Assembly (NCBI GenBank): GCA_043228905.1
Contig: JBHGNT010000002.1
Coordinates: forward strand, 1,860,001 to 1,924,000
Source of the DNA: Azolla caroliniana
Lineage: Eukaryota > Plantae > Polypodiophyta
Length of the DNA stretch: 64,000 nt
Direction: 5' to 3'
Shown: positions 1 to 13,559 of the stretch, one piece after another
Position numbering within the stretch: the first letter of the stretch is position 1
Layout of the letters: each line of letters starts with the position of its first letter
The notes under the pieces: generated by a model
Databases searched by the model: none
Told to the model about the DNA's origin: nothing
What the model saw: only the letters and a program-made list of their open reading frames with translations
Made by a program: the position numbers and the translations under genes

Positions 1-3
1 TAC

Positions 4-69
4 CTTCGAAGAAGAAGAAGGCGAAGGGAACAAGGAAACCGAAGAATGCATGGAAGTGGAAGAGGCCAT
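4..69 (-). CDS. First coding exon of a gene running off the left edge; probable plastid transit peptide (MASSTSMHSSVSLFPSPSSSSK)
   Basis: ATG at 69-67 in a strong context (gccATGGCC), 22 open codons, Ser-rich MAS- start, then AAG|GTA donor at 3-1; microsatellite-rich leader upstream. Confidence 0.65.
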
Positions 70-78
70 GGCTAACTC

Positions 79-82
<4 letters not shown>

Positions 83-157
<75 letters not shown>
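83..157. repeat. Compound (TG)n(AG)n microsatellite in the 5' leader of the left-edge gene
   Basis: Directly visible. Confidence 0.97.
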
Positions 158-846
158 GGTTGTACTGTGTCTCATTCTATTCTGTAATATATACGAGAAC
201 TATTCACATTATGTATGCGTCCACACTTGCATTGCATTATGGCCCCCACATTTTGTGTTGCAACTTGCATGCGTTATTTACTACCTAGTACCACCCACCA
301 CACACACACAAACACTTTTGGATTGGAAGCCCAAAACCGTTATATATATACATATATGTATGTATGTATGTATGTATTCTCGGTGTGCTCTCTCATTCGG
401 CGAGCTGAAAACATCGCGTCAAAAATGGGTCGAACCGAAAACAATACAGTCTCGGTCGGCCTTCCACCACACCCCCCTGTGTGTGAGCCTTGGCGCTTGG
501 AGAGCCTTAACACTTTCCAAACTCGCAAACTCGCTCACACAAGTTACGTGTTTAGGTAGCATCATGGTACCATCAATTTTGAAGATACCATATGCAAGGC
601 CATGCATGGAAACCTAGTAGAGAGTGAATATTGCTTACTTCTTGCATGCTCGACATATATGGTATTTCACGAGATGCATCATAGTTGTTACAAAACACAT
701 GTTTTATGTTTAGAATACTTTTTCTTTTGTTCCTAAACACATTTTTTAATACTTTGGAAAGTATTATTCACACATAAGGATAATACAACAAGCTTAATGG
801 TTGTTATTCATATGATCCCATTAATAAATATATGTCTTAATTTGAC

Positions 847-887
847 CATCCTGATGAATGTTAATGTGTGGCAAAACAATGTCAATG
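847..887 (+). ncRNA. Degenerate minimal type-I hammerhead ribozyme motif
   Basis: catc CTGATGA at gtta atgtg tggc AAAA caat GTC aatg. Two CpG>CpA reversions restore cGAAA and a catc/gatg helix I; GTTA/TGGC can form helix II. Confidence 0.3.
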
Positions 888-999
888 TATAGCTATCCTC
901 TCTCTCAAGTACAAACATGCATCAAATATGTAACCCCTAAACTTTTAAACTCCATCCCACAATAATGCATGTCACTTCTAGTCTCAATAATGGTTCACA

Positions 1000-2400
1000 T
1001 GCATATAATCTCATCTTCCATGGGATGATATCCCCTTGCACCAAACTTGCATAATGCCCTTGGCGTCACTGTATCGATAATAATGTTTTTGCATGGTCAC
1101 CCATAAATCAATCTACAAACATCTTAGTACGACACCTATGTTGGTTTATTTCATTTATTCACGTTAATATTATGTATGATGCATGAACAATAATTTTCCA
1201 CATGAAATGTATATTTTTAACAAGGTACTCTTCCAAAGCATTATTGATTTCTCGAACAAAACATAAACATGGTTTTTCCATTGAGAGATAGCATTAGCAT
1301 CCATCCCATTTATATTTTTTGTTGTATCAACTTATGGAAAATGAATTTGTAAAGCTACTTTGCTTTGGAGGTAAAACCATTGAAGCAACCTTAACTTCTA
1401 CCCTATTTACATTTGCAAGGGTTAAAATTATAGCAAATGCAGAGTGAAAATGCAAATTATAGAAATGTCTAAGATGAACAACACAAAAAAGAACTTTCTC
1501 TAAAGCTTTACTCCAACACACTATGGGGTCACTCATTATAAGGTTGCATGTTTGTCCTAGGCACAATATTCTTGCTCCTCCTAATATTGTCCAACAAAAA
1601 CTTTATTATGGTGATGGATTGTGTATAGGTGTTTTCTATTAATCTTTCCTCTCTAAACTATTGTAGCTAGCACTTGTGCTAATAGGTCATCCTCACTAGG
1701 AAGTTTTGTTTCCAGGGCATGAAGCTTGATGCTTTGTATTCCACTGGTGTCAAGTAGTTACCTTTGTAGATGGGGAACCTACAGGCTCAAGACACTCTAA
1801 TGTATCGAATGCTTTGATTGTTGAACGATGTCTTTGATCCCAATTCCAATGATTGTGTTTTGCTTCAATCATATTGGGGATGCTAATTATTTTCTCTTGG
1901 TCGACTCTACTAATCTATTGGCATAATACAATGTAGATTGCTCTTTTGTGGATGATTATATGTTCTTAGCAATGTGGTTAGCGAATAAAAAAAAAGTGTG
2001 TCTTGATTATTAACCTCTATCAAAGAGCCCAACCCATTCATAATTAGTTTATAGAGGAACATAGCTACTTAGGTTCAATATTGCCTTCATACGTGCATTT
2101 GTCTTCCACCCATTTGGTGCAATGACACTAAGGGGTTGGTTGAGTATGTAATGTTATTCATTGGAATCTCCAACCTTTGCCAAATGTTACATGTTGGCTT
2201 TCTGGATAAGCAACTTCAACCGAAGAGATAATTCTATGTCACATTTTCTTCCTACAGTTAAATATTTCGTGTGTTGTCACGATCACAATCTTGAATTCGA
2301 GGATCCACATGAGTATCTCAAAACCAATGAACCAACGTTACCATATGTATGTACATTACCAATACTATTGATCTATGATTTGTCCAAAATGACATTATGA
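1000..2400 (-). mobile_element. Highly decayed TE coding remnant, possibly a LINE ORF2 C-terminus
   Basis: Long Trp/Cys-rich minus-strand frames broken by stops; no diagnostic motif is intact. Confidence 0.2.
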
Positions 2401-2409
2401 GAACAAGGT

Positions 2410-3090
2410 GAAACCCAACTTCTTATGGAACAAAAAATATAATAGAGAAAAGAGAAATGGTTAATGATGATAAAAAAAAGTATAATTGAGGCATTATTAG
2501 CCAAACCCAATCCTTTTCCTTGGCCAAATGCCATATACAAGGGCATTTTTTTGGTGCAAGTTTCCATGACCACATAATGCACCAACATTTTGATATGTCC
2601 ATAGGTGAATGGCTTGTTGAAACAATGATGAATGAAAACACCATCAATGCAAGCCCAACTTCTTATGGGATAATAAATATAATAGGAATGTCTATAGAAT
2701 CATAGAAACATCTCAACCACCCTAACAAGGCTGTTCAATAGCCACATACATAGTGGTGGGAAGACAGGCATCAACAAAGAAAACATCCAATCAATCAAGG
2801 AGGGAAGGGGAATAAATAGGCAATAACATTAGGGAGCAAGAGTGTAAAGTGAAGAAGAAAAAGAAAAAGAAAAAGATAGTGGTAAAAAATAGAACAAGAT
2901 GGAGAAAAGCAATATAAGAGTGGTTAACCGAACACAATTATTTTTCTTGGCCAAATACCATAAGCAAAGGCATCATTTTAGTAAGTTTCCACCACCACAT
3001 ATATGTGCCAACATTTCACTTGTGAGAAGAATAGCTTGTTGAAACGATGATGAATGAAAACATCATAAATGGTCCTTATACATGGATCAT
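2410..3090. repeat. Diverged direct duplication (~2410-2680 vs ~2880-3090)
   Basis: Shared blocks cttggccaaat.ccata...aagggcat...agtttcca..accacata and gcttgttgaaac.atgatgaatgaaaaca.cat. Confidence 0.7.
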
Positions 3091-4197
3091 CAACTAAAAG
3101 AGAGAATACAATTGCAATTGTGTAAAAGATGAAGTAATGTGAAACAAATTAGAGTTTTCAGATTCACACTCCACTAGCCCAAACGAGAAGGTCTTCATGT
3201 TCCCAATGGTATTAATAGACAACTTCTACAATAGAGTACCAATAAGATTCCGTCTTGACCCTAGTATGCTACATTAATGCTCATGCAGCACCAAGTTTTG
3301 TTAACACACCATTAGCTAAATGTTCACAACACTACCCTAATACATCATCATTTTAGCTTATGCCCCAATTATCCAATCATCAATGTTTCCAAGCTATGCA
3401 CTATACATTAATGAGCATGCATTGTTGGAAGATAGATCCAAGGGCCAAGCGATAAACCACACGATACATTTGTTTTATCACCTTTGGATATTACAAAAAT
3501 AGGTTAATTCATTAGCAACATATATACAGAAATGTAAACTAGCAAAACTTAATTAAGGTGCATACATCCTCATGAATCTATCATAGGTGGGAGAGGAACT
3601 TCCTCTATTTGTAAGGTTCAAACTGAGTCTAGAATTGCTAGTTTTGATGGTAATAGAAATTAAATCCACTAATCAATTTTTTTGCATGATGTAAAACGCT
3701 TAAGAAGTCACAAAGAGAGCATTAACCACTAATTTATATTGTACGATGCTAATAGTAATTTACAGCTGTTAATATATTTTAAATTGTGACGTGCCTTATT
3801 TGACTAGAATTAAATTAAAAATAAAAGTACTTAAAAAAAGTTACAATATACCTTTTAATGAATGAATGATTTTAGATATTTTCATTACAAACCTGGGGCC
3901 GAAAATTGGGTTGAGCATCAAAGCTCTATAAGTATTGCATCCTCAAATCCTATATATATAGGTCCCGATTCTCACTTCTGAGACATTTGAAGCCAAAACA
4001 TTCCGAAATCACAATTCAAATAAATAAATGCACCGCACTCGATTAGATTCGAGTGAGAAAGCGATGCAAATTTGGTAAAAATAATAATAATTGATCTCCC
4101 TAAAGAAGACATTCAACAGGTATGTATATATATAAACTCAGTGGAAAACTCTCGATCAACACATTCCCTAGGATGGAAAACTAAAATTAAACTAACT

Positions 4198-7100
4198 TCA
4201 AGCAGAACCTGAAGATGATCTCATTTTCATGATGCCACAAACACTTCCGAGGCCCAAGATTGTGATGCAAACAACAGTGATCAACCCTAGATCCGTCGTC
4301 TTGTTCTCTCTCATGAATGTATCCAACCATCCTCTCCGTTCATTGCCCAAATGCCTCCTCCCCTGAGAATTGCTTTGCCGCAAAATGTTACTTAAGAGAT
4401 CGAGTTGCGTGGTAAGATGACGTTGACCCCGCGCCAAAGACCGCAACTATGATAATGTATAATATGGCATTTTTTTATTTTTTGACAAAGAATGTCTACT
4501 TGTTAAGTTTTAAGTATTATTCAGCATAAAGAGAATATCTAATCTTTCAGGTTTATTCTTCTGGCTCTAGAGCTCTGCTCAATTTTCTATAAATTTGGAT
4601 TCTCATTTATATTTAAATAAGGATATTACAAGAAGAGAATTCAACTAATAAAAAGTCAATGATTTATCCATCTTTCTCCAGGCGGAATTTTAAGAAATCA
4701 AGAAACTCCTCGCTTCTCTGTCTCCGGATTTTAGGAAATCAAGAAATTATTCTGCCTTCTACATTGAGATTTTAAGAGCTATTTAACCTAATTAAAATTT
4801 TCTTTTCCTTTTTCTAAGATTTGTCTCCTATCTTCTGTTCAATCAAATCTCTTCTTGTGTATCCTAATTTTTTTGCAGTATTGGAAGACCAGACTTTTTC
4901 CAACAGATTTAGTAATTCATCGTACTAGGTCCTTATTAATGCATTTCATGATTTAAACTCTTTAAATAAATTCAATTTGATTATTTGCTCTCTTTCGAGT
5001 CTGATTTTAGGACCTGTGAAAATATATCATTTAACACATGTTAAAAACATTTACCTCTTCAATGACAGGAATGTCAACAGTGGAAGAAGAAAATGAGATC
5101 TGTCCAGGAGGTGAATAACCATTCCCTCCACACATGCCGATGTTACCATTCCCAAAAGAGCCCACCACCTCCACAACTGAACCTTGTGGCTTGCTTTGCA
5201 CAATGCCAAGACAACTCGATATCTTTGTTTCCACCTCTCCTAGGCGTGAAAGTAGCTCATCTATCCTTTCATTTAGACCCGTCATCTGTTCTGATATGTG
5301 AGCATATCCCTACCAGACCATTTTTTGGACATTATATGTGTTATTGGATAAGTTTTATATATGTGCCTCTGTGCTGTTTACTAAACATGCAAGAATGTGA
5401 CAATGTTGTTTACTAAAATATGCAAGAACATTAGCTAATAAATAATTAGATACATAGTTTACAAAACATACAAGAATTTGACATATCATTTATTAAAACA
5501 TATGAAAACAACAATGTTGTTAAAACAAGCTGACAACACACACACAAGAATTCAATGGTCTTTCTACGAATTGAAAATTTTCGAATGTATATCATTACAA
5601 AATAAAAAAACAGAAGCATTTTGATAGGGATTCTCTCTTACCTCCCTCTGCAGTGATGATGGCGAATCAAGGCATACATCGTCAGCTTTCTTATCATTTT
5701 GTTGCCATCTTGATTGCTGCTTTCTCATCTTCATAGGAATATGATCAGCTGTCAAGCTGAATAAAAAACAACAATTGCCCAGGTAAGTAAAAAGTAAGCC
5801 TAGAAGTTAATGAATCAAGAAAGAAAATAAAAACGACACTGGCCTCTGTTTTTAATTAAATTGACAATTGGAACTCTTACCCTAAACCATTATTGTCGTT
5901 CGTTTTCGTCCAACTGAAACACAACAAAACAGATGGATTCGTTATTGACATCTCTAAATTTGTCTGTTGTGTGAATCGGTAGTATGCAAAGTTGTGCACC
6001 TTTGGCTATAGAGATTTCTTACTCCAGGCTTAGCTTCAGCTATCCAAGAAAAAGATCGCATTGGGCTTTGAGACGGTGTCTCACTGATGCTTAACTTGGT
6101 CTTTAAATCCTCAGGGATGGCCTACAGAAAAAACTGTGATCAAATTTCAACTCAAGAAGATTACAAATATTCATTCGTGAGCGATATAAATCATTCAAAT
6201 CAAATATTTTTACTGTTATTCAATGAATGATTGGTAATATGCCAAATACATCAACTTGACTTCATTCATTGTAGCAATAAAGAAGGTTTTACATGATAAA
6301 GAAGATTTGAATCACACACCATGACTTCAGATGTAAGCTTCTCTAATTGGATCTGCTCGATATACGGATGGGGCATATACGAACCATCCAAACCTAGCTT
6401 CCTCGCTGCCTCTCCAACCAGTAATCTATCCTTACCTTGTACCTGCAATGTATAAATTTGATAAAGCAAGATCCTTCAATCAAACATTATGTAGTAATCA
6501 GTTCCCGCTTAGTGAAAAAAGATATGTTATATGAAGATTGATCAGGGATGTAAAAGCATGAATAGAACTGAGATTTATATTAACCTGGATGAATTTCTGT
6601 TGTAGCAGTTCGAGCTTGTCAATCTTGATGCAGAGAACATCATCTGAGAACACTTTGCTAACTCGTTTCAGAATTGTCGCTATTGTATAGCCAAGAGCCA
6701 TTAGGCCTCCAAGAAGCCGCACACTTACTTCGAAGGTAATACGAGGTGAAATGATAAATGGGTGATCAATCAAACACTCCTACACAAAGAAGTAGCTTGT
6801 CAATATATATGCATCATCGTAATAGAAACACACATTCATACAACAACCATATATACACACATGCATACACACTCATTCTTACTCGATCCTATACAAACAT
6901 ACCTTCATACAAATATGTATACATTCATATAATCACACACATACACTTATTCGATTATACATTCAATAATTTTTACACATTCATACATACATTTACCCAA
7001 TTGAACCCACACATACATTCAAACATTTATATACATTCATACACACTTGTTCAATCCTACACATACACATAAAAATTCTAACTTGTATATATTCAGACAA

Positions 7101-10100
7101 TCTTATGCACTGCATGCAGTTATTCCATCATACAGACATTCATATGAATTCATAAACAATAAATAGAAAAACTGCATTTTAATCGCAGAAGAATAGTCAC
7201 ATAAGTTATCTAACCTCTCACACAGTTAATACAAATGGCATGCATATGTTAAAATAAAATATGCAACAAAATAAATTATACCTCAAACATGAGACTGTAT
7301 TTTCCATCTCGGTTTCGCATTCTTAGATAAGATTGGCATGTGTCCGGATCTTCACCAGGTGGAAGAAGATAGATGTCATACGTGTCTTCTGTCACTTCAG
7401 TGCAGTTTGGAGAAAGGACGCTTCTGATTTGGTCTTCTTCCACAATAAGTGCAGACTGCCAGAGAAGTACTCATCAATGATACATTATAAAAGCAATGCA
7501 ACTATGACAACTTCACATATGTTTAGCAAATGATTGGCTTATGATGTGCAAGAAACTGCACGGCACACAATGCTTGGAATATGATGTGGGATATTACACT
7601 ACAATATGGCATGGTTAAACTGTGCCTAGTTATGTGGCCAATCATTGCCTAGAGACATGGTGCATATCAAAGTCAACCAACAACCATTGCCTAGTGATGT
7701 GACACCTAGCATTGCCGCCCACTCACCTTGCATAAAAGTACACACCAATCATCGCCTTGCATTAATTTGGCCTATTATGCTAAGACAGGAATTATGCCAG
7801 AGAAGATGTCCATGATGAGTAATGTAGTTTAATAAACATCAGCGCCTTAGGAATAAAGGCTGAACTTTACAGCCCATATGAAAGACTCAACTTGTTCACT
7901 ATTGCAATGTGTGCAAGATTGACAATAAGCCTGATTACAAATTAATCATATAGTTACCTTAAGAATATAAGCCGGACTTTGTAGCCCAGAAAATGGGTTG
8001 AATTTGTTCACTATCTTTATGTGTGCAGTCTCTAAATCTGGCTCAATGAACACTTTGTACATTGGATAAACCTGCAGAATAATCACACAAGAACTAAAAC
8101 ATCACAATAGAGTCAACCCTAAGTAATTAATCAAATAAATGTAAATTGAGTTGCCAGGTTGTCCTAGCTGTTCCATGACTTTGCTTTATAAAGCATGGCT
8201 CAAGAGCTCAAAAAACATTAAGACATGTGATTCCCACCATCAAAACAGAATAAATAGAAGTAACGAGAGTACAAAACTCACAGTCTCAGAAACTTGTTGG
8301 ATGATATCTTCAGGAGCTTGACCCGACCGGTTGATATCACGAAGCACCCTTTTCACGAGATCAAAATGAACGCCCCCAGTCACCGAGACACGTAGGTCGA
8401 GAAATGGCCGAATCTTCTCACTCAAAGCATAGATACCCTCGAGGATCACGATCCGGGAGGAAGGAACCTCAACCTTCCTGTCAATGATGATAAACAAACA
8501 CAAACTATTAAACCTACTGGGTTTATATATATAACTCCTGTCACCATCACATCCACATTCACAACCCCATATGCACTCAAGTTGATAAAAAGCCAAGAAA
8601 GTGTGTAATCTTCTGACAACCATTTTTCTGTCTAGTGGGCTTATATATATAGCTCCTGTCAGCATCACATCCACATTCACAACCCCATATTCCCTCAAGT
8701 TGACAGAAAGCCAAGAAAGTGTGTAATCTTCTGACATACATTTTTCCATTTTAAGAAAACCTACTCACTCAATTTTACTATATATATAACCAAGGAAACC
8801 ACCAAATTTTGTGGCTTACATTTCTCCTCTTTCAACACATGCATATATAATACCATAGACATTCAATTTCTGAAAGCTATAACAAATCCAAAAGGATATC
8901 AACTTCAACACACCCATTCCTTTGTACACATCACCTGATGATATAACCCAAAAACTATCAAAATTTACTATTTATATTTCTCCATTTTCAGTACACCCAT
9001 GCCTCCATACACTAAACTTTGAGTGAGTATAAACAAACCTAAAAGACTATAAATTATTCCAAGACTTCTATACTCGTGCAACCAAACAATATCAGGCCAA
9101 AAAGCTATAATAACTTACCACTTCCTCTTCCATCACAATTCACTCATACACACTCAAATGAAGAATGCAAAAGAGAACTACATTTCTACTCATGATTCAC
9201 CCATATCATGAGACAATTACATTTCTACTCTTTCAACATACGCATATGCCCACCCCCATACAAACTTAAATCAACAACTAGAATCCAAGTCAATAATGAA
9301 GCTTGTGACTTATATTTCACCTCTTTCAGCGCCGTATACACCCAGATAGGCTATATAGTGGCAACTCGAAAACTTTCAAATCATGTGATTAAAATTGCAC
9401 ACACAAAATGAAGGATGGGAGGGAGATGGGAAGTTGGCAGATAGATACACCATTCTGAGATTAAGGTTGCAAGACCAACCTGTAACCAGTCCGGCAACTC
9501 AGCTTAAAATCATAGATAGGCACATCAACAGCCTTTCCAGCTTTAAGGTCACTAATGTTTTGAAGAAGTAGGTCATAATCTGTGAGCCTTGGATCTGCAC
9601 AAATGTACATATATTAAAATACATTGCTTAGATATGAACATAACCCATATCAAGTGCTCCATTTCTTCAAATCAAAAGAGAAAAATATATCTCAAAACAT
9701 AAATGTATAGCTCCTAACATAAACCATGTAAACTGTTCTGTTCGTTTAATTTAAACGATAATAAAATGTAAATCTGAATGCATCCCATATGTGATCTATT
9801 TCTTATATTCAATAACAAGAGAGGTATCCTTGTACCATCATAGTTATCATCGACGACACGGCTACCATCATTGTAATTATCCATGGAAATTACAGTAATC
9901 CCAGGCTTGAATTTGCTCACTTTCTCCGAGAAGACAGTCTTCCCAGCACCAGAGGGGCCTGCAAGCCCAACCAGGATGACTCCAGGGATACTCTGTGAGA
10001 GCAGCTGGCAGGCCCTCATGAAAAGGAAGATGCCTTTCTCAAATGAGAGAGCATCAGGGACACGTTCGATCTCATAGCTGCCGCCTCTCCGTTTCACCAA

Positions 10101-10205
10101 CCGTAGCTGGTCTTTCAGAAGCCCCTGCCTTTTTTGGTGCTGAGTAGACCATGAGGATGAGGACGATGACCTCACCTGCGTTGCAGGGCGAGCATCCATG
10201 GTCAT
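4198..10205 (-). CDS. TTM: Triphosphate tunnel metalloenzyme TTM1/TTM2-like (uridine-kinase domain, CYTH domain, coiled coil, C-terminal tail anchor). 12 exons: 10205-9836, 9594-9480, 8477-8282, 8071-7958, 7455-7282, 6779-6585, 6442-6320, 6121-6000, 5913-5881, 5756-5642, 5309-5055, 4446-4198
   Basis: P-loop LAGPSGAGKTVF, DPRLTDYD, LRVSVTGGVHFDLVKRVLRDI, VYPMYKVFIEPDL, YDIYLLPPGEDP..CQSYLRMRNRDGKY, FIISPRITFEVSVRLLGGLMALGY, YIEQIQLEKL, and C-terminal TM LGLITVVCITILGLGSVCGIM followed by basic residues. All introns are GT-AG and phase-compatible. Start is ATG 10205 or 10199. Confidence 0.93.
8512..8748. repeat. Two-copy ~120 bp tandem duplication in TTM intron 2
   Basis: ctcctgtca.catcacatccacattcacaaccccatat...aagccaagaaagtgtgtaatcttctgaca occurs twice. 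Confidence 0.9.
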
Positions 10206-10227
10206 TCCCACCCCTCACGTCTGATCA

Positions 10228-10641
10228 AAACCCTAAACTACTAATCTCTCTTCACCTCAAACCGCAATTTCTCCTCCCTCAAAATCCTAAACCATAAACT
10301 CCCTTTTCTCAAAACCCTAATTTATCTCTATCTCCCCTCCTCTAAACCCTAATCCCCCGCGATCCCTAACCCTTGATCTCTTTCAAAATCTCATCTTTCT
10401 CAGAAAAATTACAAAGCAAAGGGTGATGACGACGATGGATATGGCTTCATATACCGTATCATATAACTATTTTTCATATACCTACATAGATATGTGTAGG
10501 GAGAGAGAGAGAGAGAATCAGAGGGTTGAACGATGAGGATTCGAACTCGGGTTCTTCGAAGGAATCAGAGGGTAGGCATGAGAGAGAGAGAGAGAGAATC
10601 AGGACGATGAATCCGAGAAACGAACAACGACGATGTATATG

Positions 10642-10675
<34 letters not shown>
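10228..10675. promoter_or_regulatory. TTM 5' region with three telo-boxes (AAACCCTAA) and GA/CT repeats
   Basis: AAACCCTAA at 10228, 10312 and 10344; (GA)n at ~10500 and ~10580; (CT)n at ~10645-10673. Confidence 0.55.
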
Positions 10676-10678
<3 letters not shown>

Positions 10679-11527
10679 GCTTGAGTTCTCTTTTTTTGCT
10701 CTGCCCCAAAACATGACTTATATGCTATTCTCGTTCTACATTTGCTTTTTATATTTCTTTTTATTTTATCTATTTTTTTTATTTTTTATTTCTGTTTTAT
10801 ATATTTGTATCTATTTATATATGGGGTTTTATTTTTGGGAAAAGGGGGGGGGGGGGTATGAAATACATCCCATCTCCAAAAAAACAATAGAACTCTCGCA
10901 TTATTGCCCTTCTTCTTTTTTCTGGCCCTGGCCCTGTTATTACTCTATTGTTGGTCCTGGGATCACTCTTTCTCCTGCATGCTCACCCTAGAGTCCAATC
11001 AATCGCAACGAGGAGGCATGCATGAACAATGCAACTACCAACTCGATTCATGTGACCCGAGTGGCATCGTCACCATTTCCTAGTCATCCATGATCGGGTC
11101 ATGGCAAGCATCTCCTAAGATGTGAGTCGTATATGCTTGGCATACCTTGATTCATCACCTATATTATCACATGAGTCCTTTCGAGCTACAAACTTACAAG
11201 GATGTGCATGCATGGACTCGCTATCAATGATCTCATCTGTGAGCTTTTTCCAACCACAGGCTTGTATAACATATATGCATGTGTCGATTCAAATTAGTTT
11301 ACTTTTATTATGATTTCTTTCATTCATAAGGAGGCCCTCGGTGTAAGTAAGGCACACCAAAAAGAAATGTTGGTTGGGCTAGGCTTGTGTAAACCATCCA
11401 AGCTCCAATTGTAAGTATGGGAAACTCGAGGCTCAAGAGGGTGGGAAGTCTCCACCTTTGGTTTACATCAAAGAGTTAGCTCAAGGGTATATGCACATCC
11501 TATGGGAGATGGAGTTTTGGAGTTCCT

Positions 11528-11658
11528 TTTTTTTTACCATAAAACATATGCTCCATTGGTATTAATAAAAAGCCCGGAGGCAGTATACAAATAGTACATA
11601 ATATTGTTTCATCTCCACCAGTATATCTGAACTGATTCTAGCATTTGTAAAAATTGTT
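11528..11658 (-). mobile_element. 131-bp 5'-truncated LINE/SINE insertion with poly(A) and 16-bp TSD
   Basis: TSD GAGTTTTGGAGTTCCT at 11512-11527 and 11659-11674; T-run at the left end; same family end recurs at 58016-58085. Confidence 0.85.
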
Positions 11659-13559
11659 GAGTTTTGGAGTTCCTACATCAATTTGGGCAAATGTAGATGG
11701 AACATATGCATGAAATGTGTAGGGCTAGAAGCATTTTGTAAAATTTCAGTCGAACGTTGGCCCTTGGTGGGAAACAAATGTACGTAGGACACACAAGTGA
11801 AGAAGGCCAACATGGTCAACCGAGAGTGAACACTCCATGATTCAAGTATGAGTATAAAAGGCTTAGGTCTTTTGTTTTATCATCATTGTTTTTGTTTATT
11901 ATGTAGTTGTTGTATAAGATGTTTAGCTCTCGAGGAATTAGGTAAACTTATGAGTTACTCTATATCCAACAAGTATTAGGTTTATATGCATAGATTGACA
12001 TATTCACAATAGTTGTGAGTGGGTGACGATGATATATCTACAATCCTTGATCCACGTTTTATCACCTTACCGTTAGTTTGTTCTTTCCACTCATAGGGTT
12101 GTCAAGTTGTATTTCATTAGAGCTAGAGGCACTAAGCTTAAATAGTAAAAAATGTTGAGGTTGTGATGGACATGAAATGTATTATGAAATGAGAAGAATT
12201 GCCAAAGAGTATGAATTTCATTTTCTTCAACGTTATGTTTAGAGTCCAGACCCATCCAAACTTAGTAGTTAAATTTGGAAGCTTCTTTCACATTCACATC
12301 CAAAAGCATTGTGATAGGCATTATAATGATATATTGTCTCTTGTGTGGCAAGTGTTCCCAAAACGGGGACCAATTGTATGCAATCCTGAAATTTCCTCGA
12401 TGAAAAAAAGACATTAGTGGCAAACTCTTTCCGAAAACTAAGTTCAATCGTATGTCATATGCTAATTTAGCCAATGAAAAAGATACATTTCAATTGGAAC
12501 GCCTTGTTGGTTTTTCAGTAAAATCTTGACCAAGATTACACTTTTATTTTATTATGAAGGCAAAAAAAAAACAGTCCAAGTATTGCTTGCGCCTTATAGT
12601 AACTCAAGTTTGATTGTAAATGTGATAGTGGTGTCGTAACAATTGTGCTTCATATTTTGAAGTTTATGTGTCTAAGTCTATGGGATCAAGTTTATTGGTA
12701 TGTTCAATGCAAAGATTCTATGCATTATTTGTTTGAGAACATGCACATGAACTGTTTGCCCCTAAAAGCATGGCTTTGAGAATCACTTTCCTCAAGAAAG
12801 GTTAAAAAAATATTATTGCCTTAAAAGCAAAGCAATGATAACCATTCAAGCTGAAAATGCATTTAGTAACTCTGAACATTGTGTGGAGAATTCCAACAAT
12901 GTCCAAATATGTTGTCTTTATTCAAAGTGTCATATGATATCATTGATATAATCACCCTCATGACACATTCATAGCTATAAGCAATTTTTCAAATGTCCTC
13001 TAATCATTTATCGGTCATTTTGTCAACTTTATATATTATGGCTGAGTATGCATAACATCCTTGGATTTATTAACATGTACAATCATTGATCAACAGTTGT
13101 AACTTGTTTTGTTTCTGTCTTCAAGTAAAACTGAAATCGATGTTAAGGAATATAGTGGTTATAATGACTTCCACCATTGCTATCTATTGTTATTAATATA
13201 CATATAGGGTGTGAAAGCAAGAGATTCTATTCAAACCACATACCTCCTCACATGTATCAATGTTCGTGCCTTGTATACAAGAAGTTTCTCATATTTATAG
13301 AAATTAATTCATTTTAGGGATCCCTTGAGTCTATAACTTGAAGTTTGAACTTCACTCTTGATTAAATAGAATCACCTGTTTTTTAGCTAAAAAATCATTA
13401 TATATTGGTCATTTATTGAACAATTTTAAGAGAAAGTCCAAGAGCTTTAATGGTTTAAAGACATATTTTAATATGAACAATTCATGTCTCTCAACTCTAT
13501 GCTAAATGGATATGCATTAATTTTGTTTGCTCTGCCTCCAACTAACTTGAGCAACATTC

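Noticed and set aside
88-617. ORFs such as MCVCVCV...ERERE
   Set aside because: Translations of microsatellite and promoter sequence.
8478-8749. N-terminal part of the 169-aa ORF 8240-8749
   Set aside because: Intronic duplicated sequence; TTM homology starts at the AG acceptor before 8477.
10530-10555. GTTCGAATCC B-box on the minus strand suggesting a tRNA
   Set aside because: No T-stem pairing, A-box or cloverleaf.
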